From NCBI GenBank assembly GCA_002320005.1, contig DCJK01000013.1:107049-171048 (forward strand): a DNA stretch of 64,000 bases, read 5' to 3'. A program made the translations under genes and the position numbers. A model generated the notes under the pieces. That model did no database searches. It worked only from the letters and a program-made list of their open reading frames with translations, and was not told the DNA's origin. Shown here in pieces: positions 38,142 to 47,584 of this stretch (its first letter is position 1; the number at the start of each line of letters is the position of its first letter). Source of the DNA: Firmicutes bacterium UBA1702. Lineage in GTDB: Bacteria; Bacillota; Clostridia; Peptostreptococcales; Anaerovoracaceae.

Positions 38142-38172
38142 GCTGCACCTTCGACCTCTCGGACAACTCTCC
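38084..38172 (-). tRNA. tRNA-Ser (anticodon CGA), CCA encoded
   Basis: Reverse complement is GGAGAGTTGTCCGAGAGGTCGAAGGTGCAGCACTCGAAATGCTGTGTTCCCAAAAGGAACCTAGGGTTCGAATCCCTAACTCTCCGCCA. It has a 7-bp acceptor stem, anticodon loop CTCGAAA, a long variable arm and a GTTCGAATC T-loop. Confidence 0.92.
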
Positions 38173-38198
38173 ACAGTATTAAGTTTGCGTACTTTAAT

Positions 38199-38227
38199 AA
38201 TATACCACAGTATCCCGCTTATCGCAA
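38199..38227 (-). promoter_or_regulatory. sigma-A type promoter of tRNA-Ser
   Basis: Minus strand has TTGCGA, 17-nt spacer, TATATT. Lies about 25 nt upstream of the tRNA 5' end. Confidence 0.55.
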
Positions 38228-38412
38228 GGTTTTGTTGTAACCTGCAGCGATTGCTTTTTTGAAAAACCAGCTTATGTTATCGGTAAACACAGCCGTATGC
38301 GTGGGGAAAAGACCTGTAAAGCATAAAAGTCCGCAGCCATGATGCATTGCCAACATCATGAGATTCTGATATTATATTTAAAAAGAGAAAATGAAATAAG
38401 GAGTGCCATATT

Positions 38413-38769
38413 ATGCTGAAATTCATATGCTATTCAAAATGCGGCACATGCCGCAAGGCGGCCGGATGGCTGAAAGAAAACCAAATAAATGTTGAAAGCC
38501 GCGATATCAAAACGCAGAACCCCACCCTTGAGGAGCTTACTTTGTGGAAAGAAAAAAGCGGTCTTCCGGCAAAGAAGTTTTTTAACACCAGCGGACAGCT
38601 TTACAAATCCATGGAATTAAAGACAAAGCTTCCGGATATGAGCGAAGATGATATGCTGAAGCTTCTCTCCGGCGATGGTATGCTGGTAAAGAGACCTCTC
38701 CTGATTGGAGATGATTTTGTACTGGTTGGATTTAAAGAAGAGGAATGGGAAACCAGACTGCTTAAATGA
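38413..38769 (+). CDS. ArsC/Spx/YffB family (arsenate reductase-like) protein
   Basis: MLKFICYSKCGTCRKA... thioredoxin-like fold with CxxC, 118 aa. Confidence 0.75.
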   Translation: MLKFICYSKCGTCRKAAGWLKENQINVESRDIKTQNPTLEELTLWKEKSGLPAKKFFNTSGQLYKSMELKTKLPDMSEDDMLKLLSGDGMLVKRPLLIGDDFVLVGFKEEEWETRLLK

Positions 38770-38789
38770 GTCAGACAAGCGGAGAAAAA

Positions 38790-39053
38790 ATGGAACGATT
38801 GAAGATAAACGGAATATACAGGCATTTTAAAGGCGACTACTATCTGCTGGTGGATGTGGCAAAGCACTCTGAAACAGGCGAGGATTATGTCGTTTACAGG
38901 AAGCTTTATGATGACTGCGGTCTCTGGGTAAGGCCGCTGGAAATGTTTCTTGGAGAGGTGGATCACGAAAAATATCCCGATGCCGGGCAGAAATACCGCT
39001 TTGAACTGCAGCACATAAGCAGCGTCAGAACCATTGCGGGTCAGTACTTATAA
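38790..39053 (+). CDS. DUF1653 domain-containing protein
   Basis: YRHFKGDYYLLVDVAKHSETGEDYVVYRKLY...LWVRPLEMF. Confidence 0.75.
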   Translation: MERLKINGIYRHFKGDYYLLVDVAKHSETGEDYVVYRKLYDDCGLWVRPLEMFLGEVDHEKYPDAGQKYRFELQHISSVRTIAGQYL

Positions 39054-39596
39054 GTCAAGTAGGTCAAGCTTCATAAAAATTGAATCGGTCATGGGGCTGT
39101 CGTTATAGCTTTCAATTTGGTAAAAAACATATTTTTTATATAAGTTTATTGCACTTTTCAGAAAAGGCAGGGTATCCAGCAGCATATGAGAGTACCCTGC
39201 TTCTTTTGCATCCCGAATGATTTCACTTACAAGGTATTCGTCTATATGTTTTCCCCTGTACTCAGGTCTTACATACAGCCGCTTCATCTCGCAATCACAA
39301 TCGTTAATCTTGCGCAGACCTATGCAGCCTGCCGGTTTACCATAGTAATAAACAAGGTACAGCCTGCCTTCCGGCATTCCGTATTTTGCCTCTATATGTT
39401 CAAGCTATTCATCATAATTCTGGATCTCAAGATATTTTTTAAAAGAAGGATCCCCTTGGATCAGCATATCTGTATATTCGGTAAACAACTTTTTGATTTC
39501 TTCTTTGAATGAATATGCAGGAACCAGCTGAATCTTTTCCGCCTCTTTGAGGATTTTGCCCGTATTTTTTACGATATTTTCCATAAAATCTCTCAC
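39048..39596 (-). pseudogene. GNAT family N-acetyltransferase split by an in-frame TAG (39405..39407)
   Basis: Track ORFs 39405..39596 and 39048..39377 share one frame (549 nt). The read-through ...EIQNYDE*LEHIEAKYGMPEGRLYLVYYYGKPAGCIGLRK... is one continuous GNAT. Confidence 0.75.
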
Positions 39597-39807
39597 CCTC
39601 GTAAATTACAAATTTATCTCAGATTTTTTGCTGAGCAGATTATATCGCAAAAATGCTCAAAATTCCATCTTCCCCGGTGGGATTGTCTTTTTACTGATGA
39701 ATACGGACTTGCGGCGATGAGATCAAAGAGATATAATTTTTGCATGATTAAACATGACATATAGCTGTCGTGTTTGTTGTGATATGGTTATGAACAAAGG
39801 AGCACCC

Positions 39808-40713
39808 ATGAAGATAGACAGGCTTATCGGTATACTTTCCGTACTGCTGCAGGAAGAAAAGGTCACGGCACCACAGCTGGCAGAAAAATTTGAAGTTTCG
39901 CGGCGAACCATAAACCGAGATATAGAAGATCTCTGCCGCGCGGGAATACCCGTAGTAACCCTTCAGGGGGCAGGAGGCGGTATTTCCATAATGAACGGAT
40001 ACAGAATGGACAGGACGCTTCTCACATCCAAAGAAATGCAGGTGATTCTGGCGGGACTGAGAAGCCTGGACAGCATCAGCGGAAGCAGCTATTGCAGCCG
40101 GCTTATGGAAAAACTGAAGACGGGTTCATCAGACTTTGTAAGCGGACGCGACTGGATGCTCATAGACCTTTCTTCATGGGACAAATCATCTCTGGCGCCA
40201 AAGATTGAAAAAATACAGACAGCCATAGAGAAGAGAAATTTACTTGGATTCAGCTATTTCTCGCCCAAGGGAGAAAGCCTCCGGGAGATCGAGCCTTATT
40301 ACTTGATTTTCAAGTGGACAAGCTGGTACGTATGGGGTTGGTGCAGCATCAGAGAAGACTTCAGACTTTTCAAACTCAACCGGATGACGGAACTTCAGAT
40401 ATCAGAAGAAAAATATGAGCCGCGCCCTGTGCCGCTGCCTGATCTTTCCGCCGAGAGGATTTTCCCCGGAGAGGGTAGAATCGAAGCTATATTCCAGCCG
40501 GACATGAGATGGCGGCTGGTGGAGGAGTTCGGACCGGAGAGTTTTGAGACGCTTCCGGAGGGGAAACTGTTCTTTTCCGCAGATTATTCCGATGACGAAA
40601 ATCTGCTGAGCTGGCTCCTGACATTCTGCGACAAGGTGGAGGTGCTCAGCCCCTCATCTCTGAGAGAGAAGATGAAAGACAGCATCACAAAAATGGGGGA
40701 GGTATATGGGTGA
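39808..40713 (+). CDS. YafY family transcriptional regulator (HTH + WYL domain)
   Basis: MKIDRLIGILSVLLQEEKVTAPQLAEKFEVSRRTINRDIEDL. AAAGGAG RBS. Confidence 0.85.
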   Translation: MKIDRLIGILSVLLQEEKVTAPQLAEKFEVSRRTINRDIEDLCRAGIPVVTLQGAGGGISIMNGYRMDRTLLTSKEMQVILAGLRSLDSISGSSYCSRLMEKLKTGSSDFVSGRDWMLIDLSSWDKSSLAPKIEKIQTAIEKRNLLGFSYFSPKGESLREIEPYYLIFKWTSWYVWGWCSIREDFRLFKLNRMTELQISEEKYEPRPVPLPDLSAERIFPGEGRIEAIFQPDMRWRLVEEFGPESFETLPEGKLFFSADYSDDENLLSWLLTFCDKVEVLSPSSLREKMKDSITKMGEVYG

Positions 40714-41480
40714 TGGAATATGTGAAGATAACAGAGGAGAATCTGGAAAGAGAGCATATATGCTGTGCTCTGTCAAACAACAATGACCCCCAGGTTCTTG
40801 CGAAAAAGACATGGATGAAGCAGCGCCTGGCGGAGGGCCTCACCTTTGTAAAGGCTGATGTAAGAGGGAAATGCTTTATTGAGTATATTCCTGCCGAATA
40901 TGCCTGGGTACCCATAGAAGCAAAGGAATATATGCATATCAACTGCTTCTGGGTTTCCGGATCATGCAAAGGTCACGGATATGGAGACCGGCTTCTGGAA
41001 ATATGCATAGAAGATGCCAGAGCAAAGGGCAAGAAAGGTCTTACCGTGATTTCCTCGGCAAAGAAAAAATCGTTTCTCTCGGATCCGGGATATCTCAGAT
41101 ACAGAGGATTTGTGACTGCCGACGAGGCGGAGCCGTTCTTTCAGCTCATGTATCTGCCTTTTGACGACGGTGCGGAACTTCCCGGCTTCAGAGAATGTGC
41201 CCGAAAAGCCTCTGTGGAAAAGGCAGGATTTTCTGTATATTATACTGCAGGCTGCCCCTTTACGGCCAAATACGTGCCTCTTATGAAAAAGTGCGCAGAA
41301 GAAAAAGGCATATCTTTGGATGTGACACAGATAGACAGCAGGGAAAAAGCGCAAAATGCACCTTGCGCATGGACCAACTTCGCTTTGTTTTACCAGGGCG
41401 AATATGTGACCAACGAGATACCGTCGGAGAAAAAGTTCGTGAAGCTCATTGAAGAAAAAGCATACAGAGAGGGTAAGTGA
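40713..41480 (+). CDS. GNAT N-acetyltransferase with a YoaP-like C-terminal domain
   Basis: CFWVSGSCKGHGYGDRLLE acetyl-CoA motif region. C-terminal YYTAGCPF...FALFYQGEYVTNEI. Confidence 0.7.
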   Translation: MEYVKITEENLEREHICCALSNNNDPQVLAKKTWMKQRLAEGLTFVKADVRGKCFIEYIPAEYAWVPIEAKEYMHINCFWVSGSCKGHGYGDRLLEICIEDARAKGKKGLTVISSAKKKSFLSDPGYLRYRGFVTADEAEPFFQLMYLPFDDGAELPGFRECARKASVEKAGFSVYYTAGCPFTAKYVPLMKKCAEEKGISLDVTQIDSREKAQNAPCAWTNFALFYQGEYVTNEIPSEKKFVKLIEEKAYREGK

Positions 41481-41482
41481 AA

Positions 41483-41833
41483 ATGAAAAAATGGTACGAT
41501 GAAGAATATGAATTTAACATTGAAGTGACAGGCTTCATACGAGGCAATCACACTGAGCATTACTGCCGCAACGGCGAAGAAATCGGCGACAGATACACCT
41601 GCACCTACGGTTGTCCGGTCAATCGGCAGGGCATGGGCATATGCTCCAAGGTGATGATGATAATGTTCCCGGCAATGGAGGCGGTCAGAAGCGGCGGCAG
41701 CATGGAAAAAATCGGAGGTCCGTCGGAATATGTAAAGGACATTGTATGCCCCGACGGCTGTGTCATTTTCAGAATGACGGCCAGACCCCTGGGAAATGAG
41801 AACTTTTTTACCGGAAAATATTATGAGGAGTGA
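41483..41833 (+). CDS. TIGR04076 family protein
   Basis: Cys-rich protein of about 115 aa (HYCRNGEEIGDRYTCTYGCP...ICSKVM...VCPDGCVIF). Confidence 0.6.
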   Translation: MKKWYDEEYEFNIEVTGFIRGNHTEHYCRNGEEIGDRYTCTYGCPVNRQGMGICSKVMMIMFPAMEAVRSGGSMEKIGGPSEYVKDIVCPDGCVIFRMTARPLGNENFFTGKYYEE

Positions 41834-42159
41834 TTGTGTCAACCACCAGAGAATATATTGATTTCATCCTGGAACAGCTGTCCGGCCTGCGAGACATCTC
41901 ATCAAGGCAGATGATGGGAGAATATATCATCTATTATAAAGGAAAAATCGCTGCCTATGTGTGCGATAACCGGCTCCTTGTCAAGCCGGTGGAGGCAGCC
42001 TTGGAATACATACCGGATGGTATAATGGAGCCGCCGTATCCGGGAGCAAAGGATATGCTTCTTGTGGAAAATACAGAAGACATAGAGTATCTTGAATGCC
42101 TTTTTGAGGCCATATACTGCCAGCTGCCCCAGCCAGGGAAAAAGAAAGGAAAGAGATAA
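41830..42159 (+). CDS. TfoX/Sxy N-terminal domain protein
   Basis: EYIDFILEQLSGL..., RQMMGEYIIYYKGKIAAYVCDNRLLVKP. Start is 41830 or 41836. Confidence 0.7.
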   Translation: MIVSTTREYIDFILEQLSGLRDISSRQMMGEYIIYYKGKIAAYVCDNRLLVKPVEAALEYIPDGIMEPPYPGAKDMLLVENTEDIEYLECLFEAIYCQLPQPGKKKGKR

Positions 42160-42791
42160 TGGCATTTGATTATAAAAAAGAGTATAAGGAATTTTATCTT
42201 CCGGCTGCAAAGCCTCAGATAGTTGACGTGCCTGAAATGAATTTTATAGCAGTGAGAGGAGAGGGTGATCCTAATGAGGAGGGAGGCATGTACAAGGAGG
42301 CCATAGGTCTTCTTTATGCCATCGCCTTTACCATAAAGATGAGCAAAAAGGGAAGTCACAATATCGAAGGATATTTTGACTATGTCGTGCCTCCTCTTGA
42401 AGGCTTCTGGTGGCAGGATGGAATCAGCGGAATCGATTATGCCGCAAAAGAGGATTTCAGGTGGATATCCGTCATACGTCTGCCCGACTTTGTGAAAAAG
42501 GAGGATTTTGACTGGGCAATAAGCCAGGCGGAGGAAAAGAAGAAACAGGATTTTTCAAAGGTGGAATTTCTGACTGTAAAAGAAGGCCTCTGCGTGCAAT
42601 GCATGCACATAGGGCCTTTCGATGATGAACCGGCAACCATTGCCATGATGGATGAATTTATAGAGGGTGCCGGATATGAGAATGATTTTTCCTCAGGAAG
42701 ACTGCATCACGAGATCTACCTTTCCGATGCGCGAAGAGTCGCTCCGGAAAGATGGCGCACCGTCATAAGGCACCCTGTAAAACTCAGATAA
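42159..42791 (+). CDS. GyrI-like small-molecule-binding domain protein
   Basis: MAFDYKKEYKEFYLPAAKPQIVDVPEMNFIAVRGEGDPN.... Confidence 0.75.
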   Translation: MAFDYKKEYKEFYLPAAKPQIVDVPEMNFIAVRGEGDPNEEGGMYKEAIGLLYAIAFTIKMSKKGSHNIEGYFDYVVPPLEGFWWQDGISGIDYAAKEDFRWISVIRLPDFVKKEDFDWAISQAEEKKKQDFSKVEFLTVKEGLCVQCMHIGPFDDEPATIAMMDEFIEGAGYENDFSSGRLHHEIYLSDARRVAPERWRTVIRHPVKLR

Positions 42792-42794
42792 AAA

Positions 42795-42838
42795 GCGGCC
42801 TTTTTGCCTGCAAGGCGAAAAGGCCGTTTTGTCTTTTA
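42795..42838 (+). terminator. intrinsic terminator
   Basis: cggcctttt...aaaaggccg stem followed by ttttgtctttt. Confidence 0.7.
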
Positions 42839-42881
42839 TTTTAAGGTGAATTACCGGATGTACGGGTGAACCGTACCCTTA

Positions 42882-44186
42882 TTACTTTTTATCTTTCTGC
42901 GGAACCAGGAATATGAATACCAGTGCGCTGACAGCCATAAAGAACGGATAATACAGGAAAGGTATTATCTCATAGGCTGTGATGCTTGCAGCAGCAGCTG
43001 CCGACAGGAGTTGAGCGCCGTATGGGATGATGCCCTGTACCACGGATGCGAAGATATCAAGAAGAGATGCAGTTCTGCGAGGGTCGATGTCATATTCGCT
43101 GCTGATTTCTTTTGCAATCTGACCTGTCATGACGATGGCAATGGTATTGTTGGCCGTTGCCAGGTCAACACCTGCTACGAGGCCGGCAATGCCTATCTGA
43201 GCGCCCTTCTTGCTCTTTGTGTTTTTATGTATGAAGTGGAGAATAAAGTCTATGCCTCCGTATTCCTTTACCAGTGCGCCGATGGCAGCCACAGTAATGG
43301 AAATGACAGTAATATCGTACATGGACGTTACTCCGCTGCCGATTGCAGTGAAGATTCCGCCCCATGCCATGGTGCCGGTTACCAGACCGGCCGCTACTGC
43401 GGCCACGGTTCCCACGATAAGAACAACGAAAACGTTGAAGCCTATAATAGCGCCTACCAGCACGATCAGGTACGGAATGACCTGGAGGATGTTGTATTCT
43501 CCGAGTTCCACCTGAGTGGAGCCGTGCATGGTGGTAATAAAGAATATAACTGCGGCGGCAATTGCAGCCGGCAGCACTATCTTAAAGTTCATTTTAAATT
43601 TATCACTCATCTGACAGCCCTGAGTTCTAACTGCGGCGATGGTGGTATCGGAAATCATGGAAAGGTTGTCGCCGAACATGGCTCCGGAGACTACGGCTCC
43701 CAGACACAGAGGCAGGGAAAATCCGGTGGCCTGGCTTATACCAACTGCAATGGGTGAGAGAGCCACAATGGTGCCTACAGATGTTCCCATGGAAATGGAA
43801 ATAAAACATCCGATAAGAAATACGCCTACAACGGCAAATTTCGGCGGTATAAGAGAAAGCCCCAGGTAAACCGCACTTGTTGCGCCGCCGGCTGCTGTAA
43901 CGGCTCCCGAAAAGCCGCCTGCCGCAAGGAAGATCAGGCACATGATTATTACATTATCATCGCCGATGCCTTTGGCACACACCTTTATTTTTTCGTTGAA
44001 ATTAAGAGAAGGATTCTGAAAGAATGCCACAGCCAGTGCAATAAGAAATGCTACGATGGTGGGCATTGCATAAAAGTCCCGGGTTATTATACCGCTTCCT
44101 ATGAACATAACCAGAAATATGCCTATAGGCAGCAGGGCAACGGCACGACCCCTGTTTTCTGTCTCGACTGAAGTGTTTTTTTCCAT
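42882..44186 (-). CDS. Na+/H+ antiporter NhaC-family membrane transporter
   Basis: 434 aa, about 11-12 TM helices, NhaC-like. Confidence 0.7.
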   Translation of the reverse strand: MEKNTSVETENRGRAVALLPIGIFLVMFIGSGIITRDFYAMPTIVAFLIALAVAFFQNPSLNFNEKIKVCAKGIGDDNVIIMCLIFLAAGGFSGAVTAAGGATSAVYLGLSLIPPKFAVVGVFLIGCFISISMGTSVGTIVALSPIAVGISQATGFSLPLCLGAVVSGAMFGDNLSMISDTTIAAVRTQGCQMSDKFKMNFKIVLPAAIAAAVIFFITTMHGSTQVELGEYNILQVIPYLIVLVGAIIGFNVFVVLIVGTVAAVAAGLVTGTMAWGGIFTAIGSGVTSMYDITVISITVAAIGALVKEYGGIDFILHFIHKNTKSKKGAQIGIAGLVAGVDLATANNTIAIVMTGQIAKEISSEYDIDPRRTASLLDIFASVVQGIIPYGAQLLSAAAAASITAYEIIPFLYYPFFMAVSALVFIFLVPQKDKK

Positions 44187-44370
44187 GTCATAAACTCCTT
44201 ACATTTTATAATCAGTGACGCAGAACATTGTATCATGAGAGAACAGCTAAAATCAACAGTTCTTTGAAATATCCACCGGGTTGTTAAAAAAGGAAAGGTG
44301 TGTTAAAATATAACATACTGATTTTCTCCCGGTAACATGTTCGGCGGGAGAGCAAGAAAAGAGGAACAAA

Positions 44371-45699
44371 ATGACGCAGACAACATTGATATACATTCTT
44401 CTGGCACTTACTGCACTTTGCGCCATATGCACCGCCGCTGCCCTTATTAGCATAAGGAAGTCGGCAGACAAAGCTGCTGCAGAGGCTTCAGAACAGGCCC
44501 GTAGGATTGATGAACTTACCAGACAGATGGCAGATTTCAAGCAAAATGAAACAGCAGCCATTCAGGTTATTCAGAATTCATTTAGAACATTCGGAGAGAT
44601 GATATCTGCAAACCAGCGAGACAGCGCAGAAAATCTTGATAAGAGGCTGGCAGAACTGAATCGCAGGTTTTCCGCAATGGCGGTGGAAAACGAACAGAAA
44701 CTGGAGAATATCAGAATCTCCATGGAAAAGAAAATATCCGCACTCACAGAGGATAACAATAAACAGCTGGAGCAGATGCGTCAGACCGTGGACGAAAAGC
44801 TGCAGAAGACACTGGAGGACAGGATAAGTCAGTCCTTCCAGCTGGTAAGTGACAGGCTTGAGCAGGTATATAAGGGACTGGGAGAAATGCAGAACATAGC
44901 TGCAGGTGTAGGAGACCTCAAGAAGGTTCTTTCCAACGTTAAAACCAGAGGAATTCTGGGCGAGGTGCAGCTTGGAGCTATACTGGATCAGATTCTTTCT
45001 CCGGACCAGTATGTGGAAAATGTGGTCACCAAGAGCACCGGAAGCGAAAGAGTGGAATTTGCCGTAAAACTTCCCGGCGATGATGACGGAGAAGTGCTGC
45101 TTCCTATTGATGCCAAGTTCCCGGGAGATGCTTATTCAAAACTGATGGATGCTTATGACACCGGCGATGCAGCCAAGGTGGAAGAGGCTGCCAGAAATCT
45201 TGAAAAGGTTATAAAGTCCGAGGCAAAGGACATCAGAGACAAGTATATTGAACCGCCTTATACCACGGATTTCGGAATAATGTTCCTGCCTTTCGAGGGC
45301 CTCTATGCAGAGGTGGTCAGAAGAGGACTTCTGGAGACGCTTCAGAGAGACTATAAGGTGAACATTGCCGGACCAACCACTATGGCGGCACTGCTTAACA
45401 GCCTTCAGATGGGATTCAAAACACTGGCGATTCAGAAGCACTCCAGTGAGGTATGGAATATATTAGGGGCCGTAAAGACTGAATTTGACAAGTTTGGAGG
45501 CATACTTGCCAAAACCCAGAACCGGCTGAACCAGGCCAACGAGGAACTTGACAAACTTATCGGAACAAGAACAAGAAGTATAATGCGTAAACTCAAAGAT
45601 GTGACGGCTCTGCCTGAAAAGGATGCCGGCGAGCTTCTGGATATTGCTGACATCAATTCTGCAGGTTTTGGCGGTTCCTACGATGAGGATGAGGAGTAA
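44371..45699 (+). CDS. rmuC: DNA recombination protein RmuC
   Basis: N-terminal TM helix, long coiled coil, C-terminal nuclease-like domain (...FGIMFLPFEGLYAEV...NIAGPTTMAALLNSLQMGF). Confidence 0.85.
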   Translation: MTQTTLIYILLALTALCAICTAAALISIRKSADKAAAEASEQARRIDELTRQMADFKQNETAAIQVIQNSFRTFGEMISANQRDSAENLDKRLAELNRRFSAMAVENEQKLENIRISMEKKISALTEDNNKQLEQMRQTVDEKLQKTLEDRISQSFQLVSDRLEQVYKGLGEMQNIAAGVGDLKKVLSNVKTRGILGEVQLGAILDQILSPDQYVENVVTKSTGSERVEFAVKLPGDDDGEVLLPIDAKFPGDAYSKLMDAYDTGDAAKVEEAARNLEKVIKSEAKDIRDKYIEPPYTTDFGIMFLPFEGLYAEVVRRGLLETLQRDYKVNIAGPTTMAALLNSLQMGFKTLAIQKHSSEVWNILGAVKTEFDKFGGILAKTQNRLNQANEELDKLIGTRTRSIMRKLKDVTALPEKDAGELLDIADINSAGFGGSYDEDEE

Positions 45700-45701
45700 A
45701 A

Positions 45702-46418
45702 ATGAAAATATTTGCGATAGGCGATTTACACTTGTCCTTCGATGAAAAAGTCCAAAAACCTATGGATGTTTTTGGCGGAGAATGGGTGGATCATGCCCAC
45801 CGCCTTAAAAAAAACTGGCTGGAGAAAGTATCCGCTGATGACGCGGTAATTATATGCGGCGATATTTCATGGGGACTGCGGCTTGAAGAGGCAGAGGCGG
45901 ACTTTAACTGGCTGAGGCAGCTGCCGGGCAGAAAATTTATATTCAAGGGAAACCACGATTTGTGGTGGCAGTCTGCCGGGAAACTTAACAGGCTTTACGG
46001 CGATGAGAATATGATTTTTGTCCAGAATACCGCAGGCATCATTGATACCGGTGAGGAACGCGTAGCTCTGTGTGGAAGCAGAGGGTGGATATGCCCGGGA
46101 GATCCGGATTTCACAGAAGAAGATGAGAAAATATATTCGAGAGAACTCCAGCGTCTTGCCATGTCACTGGAGGACGGAAAAAGGATGAATCCCGACAGGA
46201 TATTAGGGGTGCTGCATTATCCGCCTACCAACGATAAAATGCAGAGATCGGGATTCACAGAACTCATGAGCAGCTACGGAGTCAGCAGCTGCGTATATGG
46301 GCATCTGCACGGCAGAGAAGCCTTTAAGCATGGTATAAAGGGAGTTTTTAACGGAGTAAGATACGAACTGGTTTCACTGGATTATCTTGAAGCCTGTCCA
46401 AAGGAGGTAAGATTATGA
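45702..46418 (+). CDS. metallophosphoesterase family protein
   Basis: GDLHL, GDISWG, GNHDLWW motifs. Confidence 0.8.
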   Translation: MKIFAIGDLHLSFDEKVQKPMDVFGGEWVDHAHRLKKNWLEKVSADDAVIICGDISWGLRLEEAEADFNWLRQLPGRKFIFKGNHDLWWQSAGKLNRLYGDENMIFVQNTAGIIDTGEERVALCGSRGWICPGDPDFTEEDEKIYSRELQRLAMSLEDGKRMNPDRILGVLHYPPTNDKMQRSGFTELMSSYGVSSCVYGHLHGREAFKHGIKGVFNGVRYELVSLDYLEACPKEVRL

Positions 46419-47584
46419 GCAAAGTTATTTTAATCGTTACAGACAGCATGGGAATAGGTGCCCTGCCTGATGCGGCAAATTATGGTGATGCAGGAGCAGA
46501 CACTTTCGGACACATCCTTGAGAATAAAAAAGATATGAAGACACCTAATCTCATTAAGATGGGAATTGCCAATATTGACGGCGTTTCGTGGAAGGGCGCT
46601 GCTGTAAAAGACCCTGTGGGAGCCTTCGGAAAGATGGCTGAAATTTCAAAAGGCAAGGATACAATTACAGGACACTGGGAAATTGCCGGGATTTATACGG
46701 ATACACCTTTTAAGACCTATCCTGACGGATTTCCTGAAAGCTTTATAAAAGCTTTTGAAAATGCCATAGGAACAGAAGTCCTGGGAAACTATCCGGCATC
46801 GGGAACGGAGATCATAGAGCAGCTTGGTCCTGAGCATGAAGCCACCGGAAAGCCTATAGTATATACTTCTGCAGACAGCGTATTCCAGATCGCTGCAAAC
46901 ACCGATGTGATTCCTCTTGAAAAACTCTATGAGATATGTGAAGAGGCACGCAGACTTCTGGTGGGAGATGTGGCCTGCGGCCGTGTTATCGCAAGACCTT
47001 ATGTTATTGAAAACGGCAAGCGCACAAGGACTTCAGATCGCAGAGACTATGCAGTTTCACCTCCTGAAGACACGGTGCTGGACAAAGTAAAGGCTGCCGG
47101 AAAGACGGTATATGCTGTCGGCAAAATCAGCGATATTTTCAATGGAAAGGGAGTAACCCAGGCAGTTCATACAGATAGCAATATGGACGGAGTCGATAAA
47201 ACGATTCAGGCATTGGGAATGGATTTCGACGGGTTTGTATTCACCAACCTTGTTGATTTTGATTCAAAATACGGCCATCGCCGCGATCCGCAGGGCTACG
47301 GACAGTGTATAGAGGAGTTTGATGCCAGACTGCCGGAAATCATGGGGGCCATGGGCGAAGATGATGTTCTGATGATCTGCGCCGACCACGGCAACGATCC
47401 TGTACACAGCGGATTTGACCATACCAGGGAATATGTGCCTCTTCTGGTATATGGAAAGAAAGTAAAAGCAGGAGCAAATCTGGGAATCAGAAAAACCTTT
47501 GCCGATGTGGGAGCTACGGTTGCTGACATTCTGGGAGCAGAGGCTCCTTCCATTGGAGAAAGCTTCAAAGAGGTGATTTTGTAA
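46415..47584 (+). CDS. deoB: phosphopentomutase
   Basis: VTDSMGIGALPDA..., DFDSKYGHRRD, ADHGNDP motifs. Confidence 0.9.
   Translation: MSKVILIVTDSMGIGALPDAANYGDAGADTFGHILENKKDMKTPNLIKMGIANIDGVSWKGAAVKDPVGAFGKMAEISKGKDTITGHWEIAGIYTDTPFKTYPDGFPESFIKAFENAIGTEVLGNYPASGTEIIEQLGPEHEATGKPIVYTSADSVFQIAANTDVIPLEKLYEICEEARRLLVGDVACGRVIARPYVIENGKRTRTSDRRDYAVSPPEDTVLDKVKAAGKTVYAVGKISDIFNGKGVTQAVHTDSNMDGVDKTIQALGMDFDGFVFTNLVDFDSKYGHRRDPQGYGQCIEEFDARLPEIMGAMGEDDVLMICADHGNDPVHSGFDHTREYVPLLVYGKKVKAGANLGIRKTFADVGATVADILGAEAPSIGESFKEVIL

Noticed and set aside
39405-39407. In-frame TAG in the GNAT gene as pyrrolysine, and in-frame TGA in istA (33390..33392) as selenocysteine or recoding.
   Set aside because: No pyl genes or SECIS-like hairpin are evident. 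TAG and TGA are used as ordinary stops by neighbouring genes. Nonsense mutation or sequencing error is the simpler explanation.
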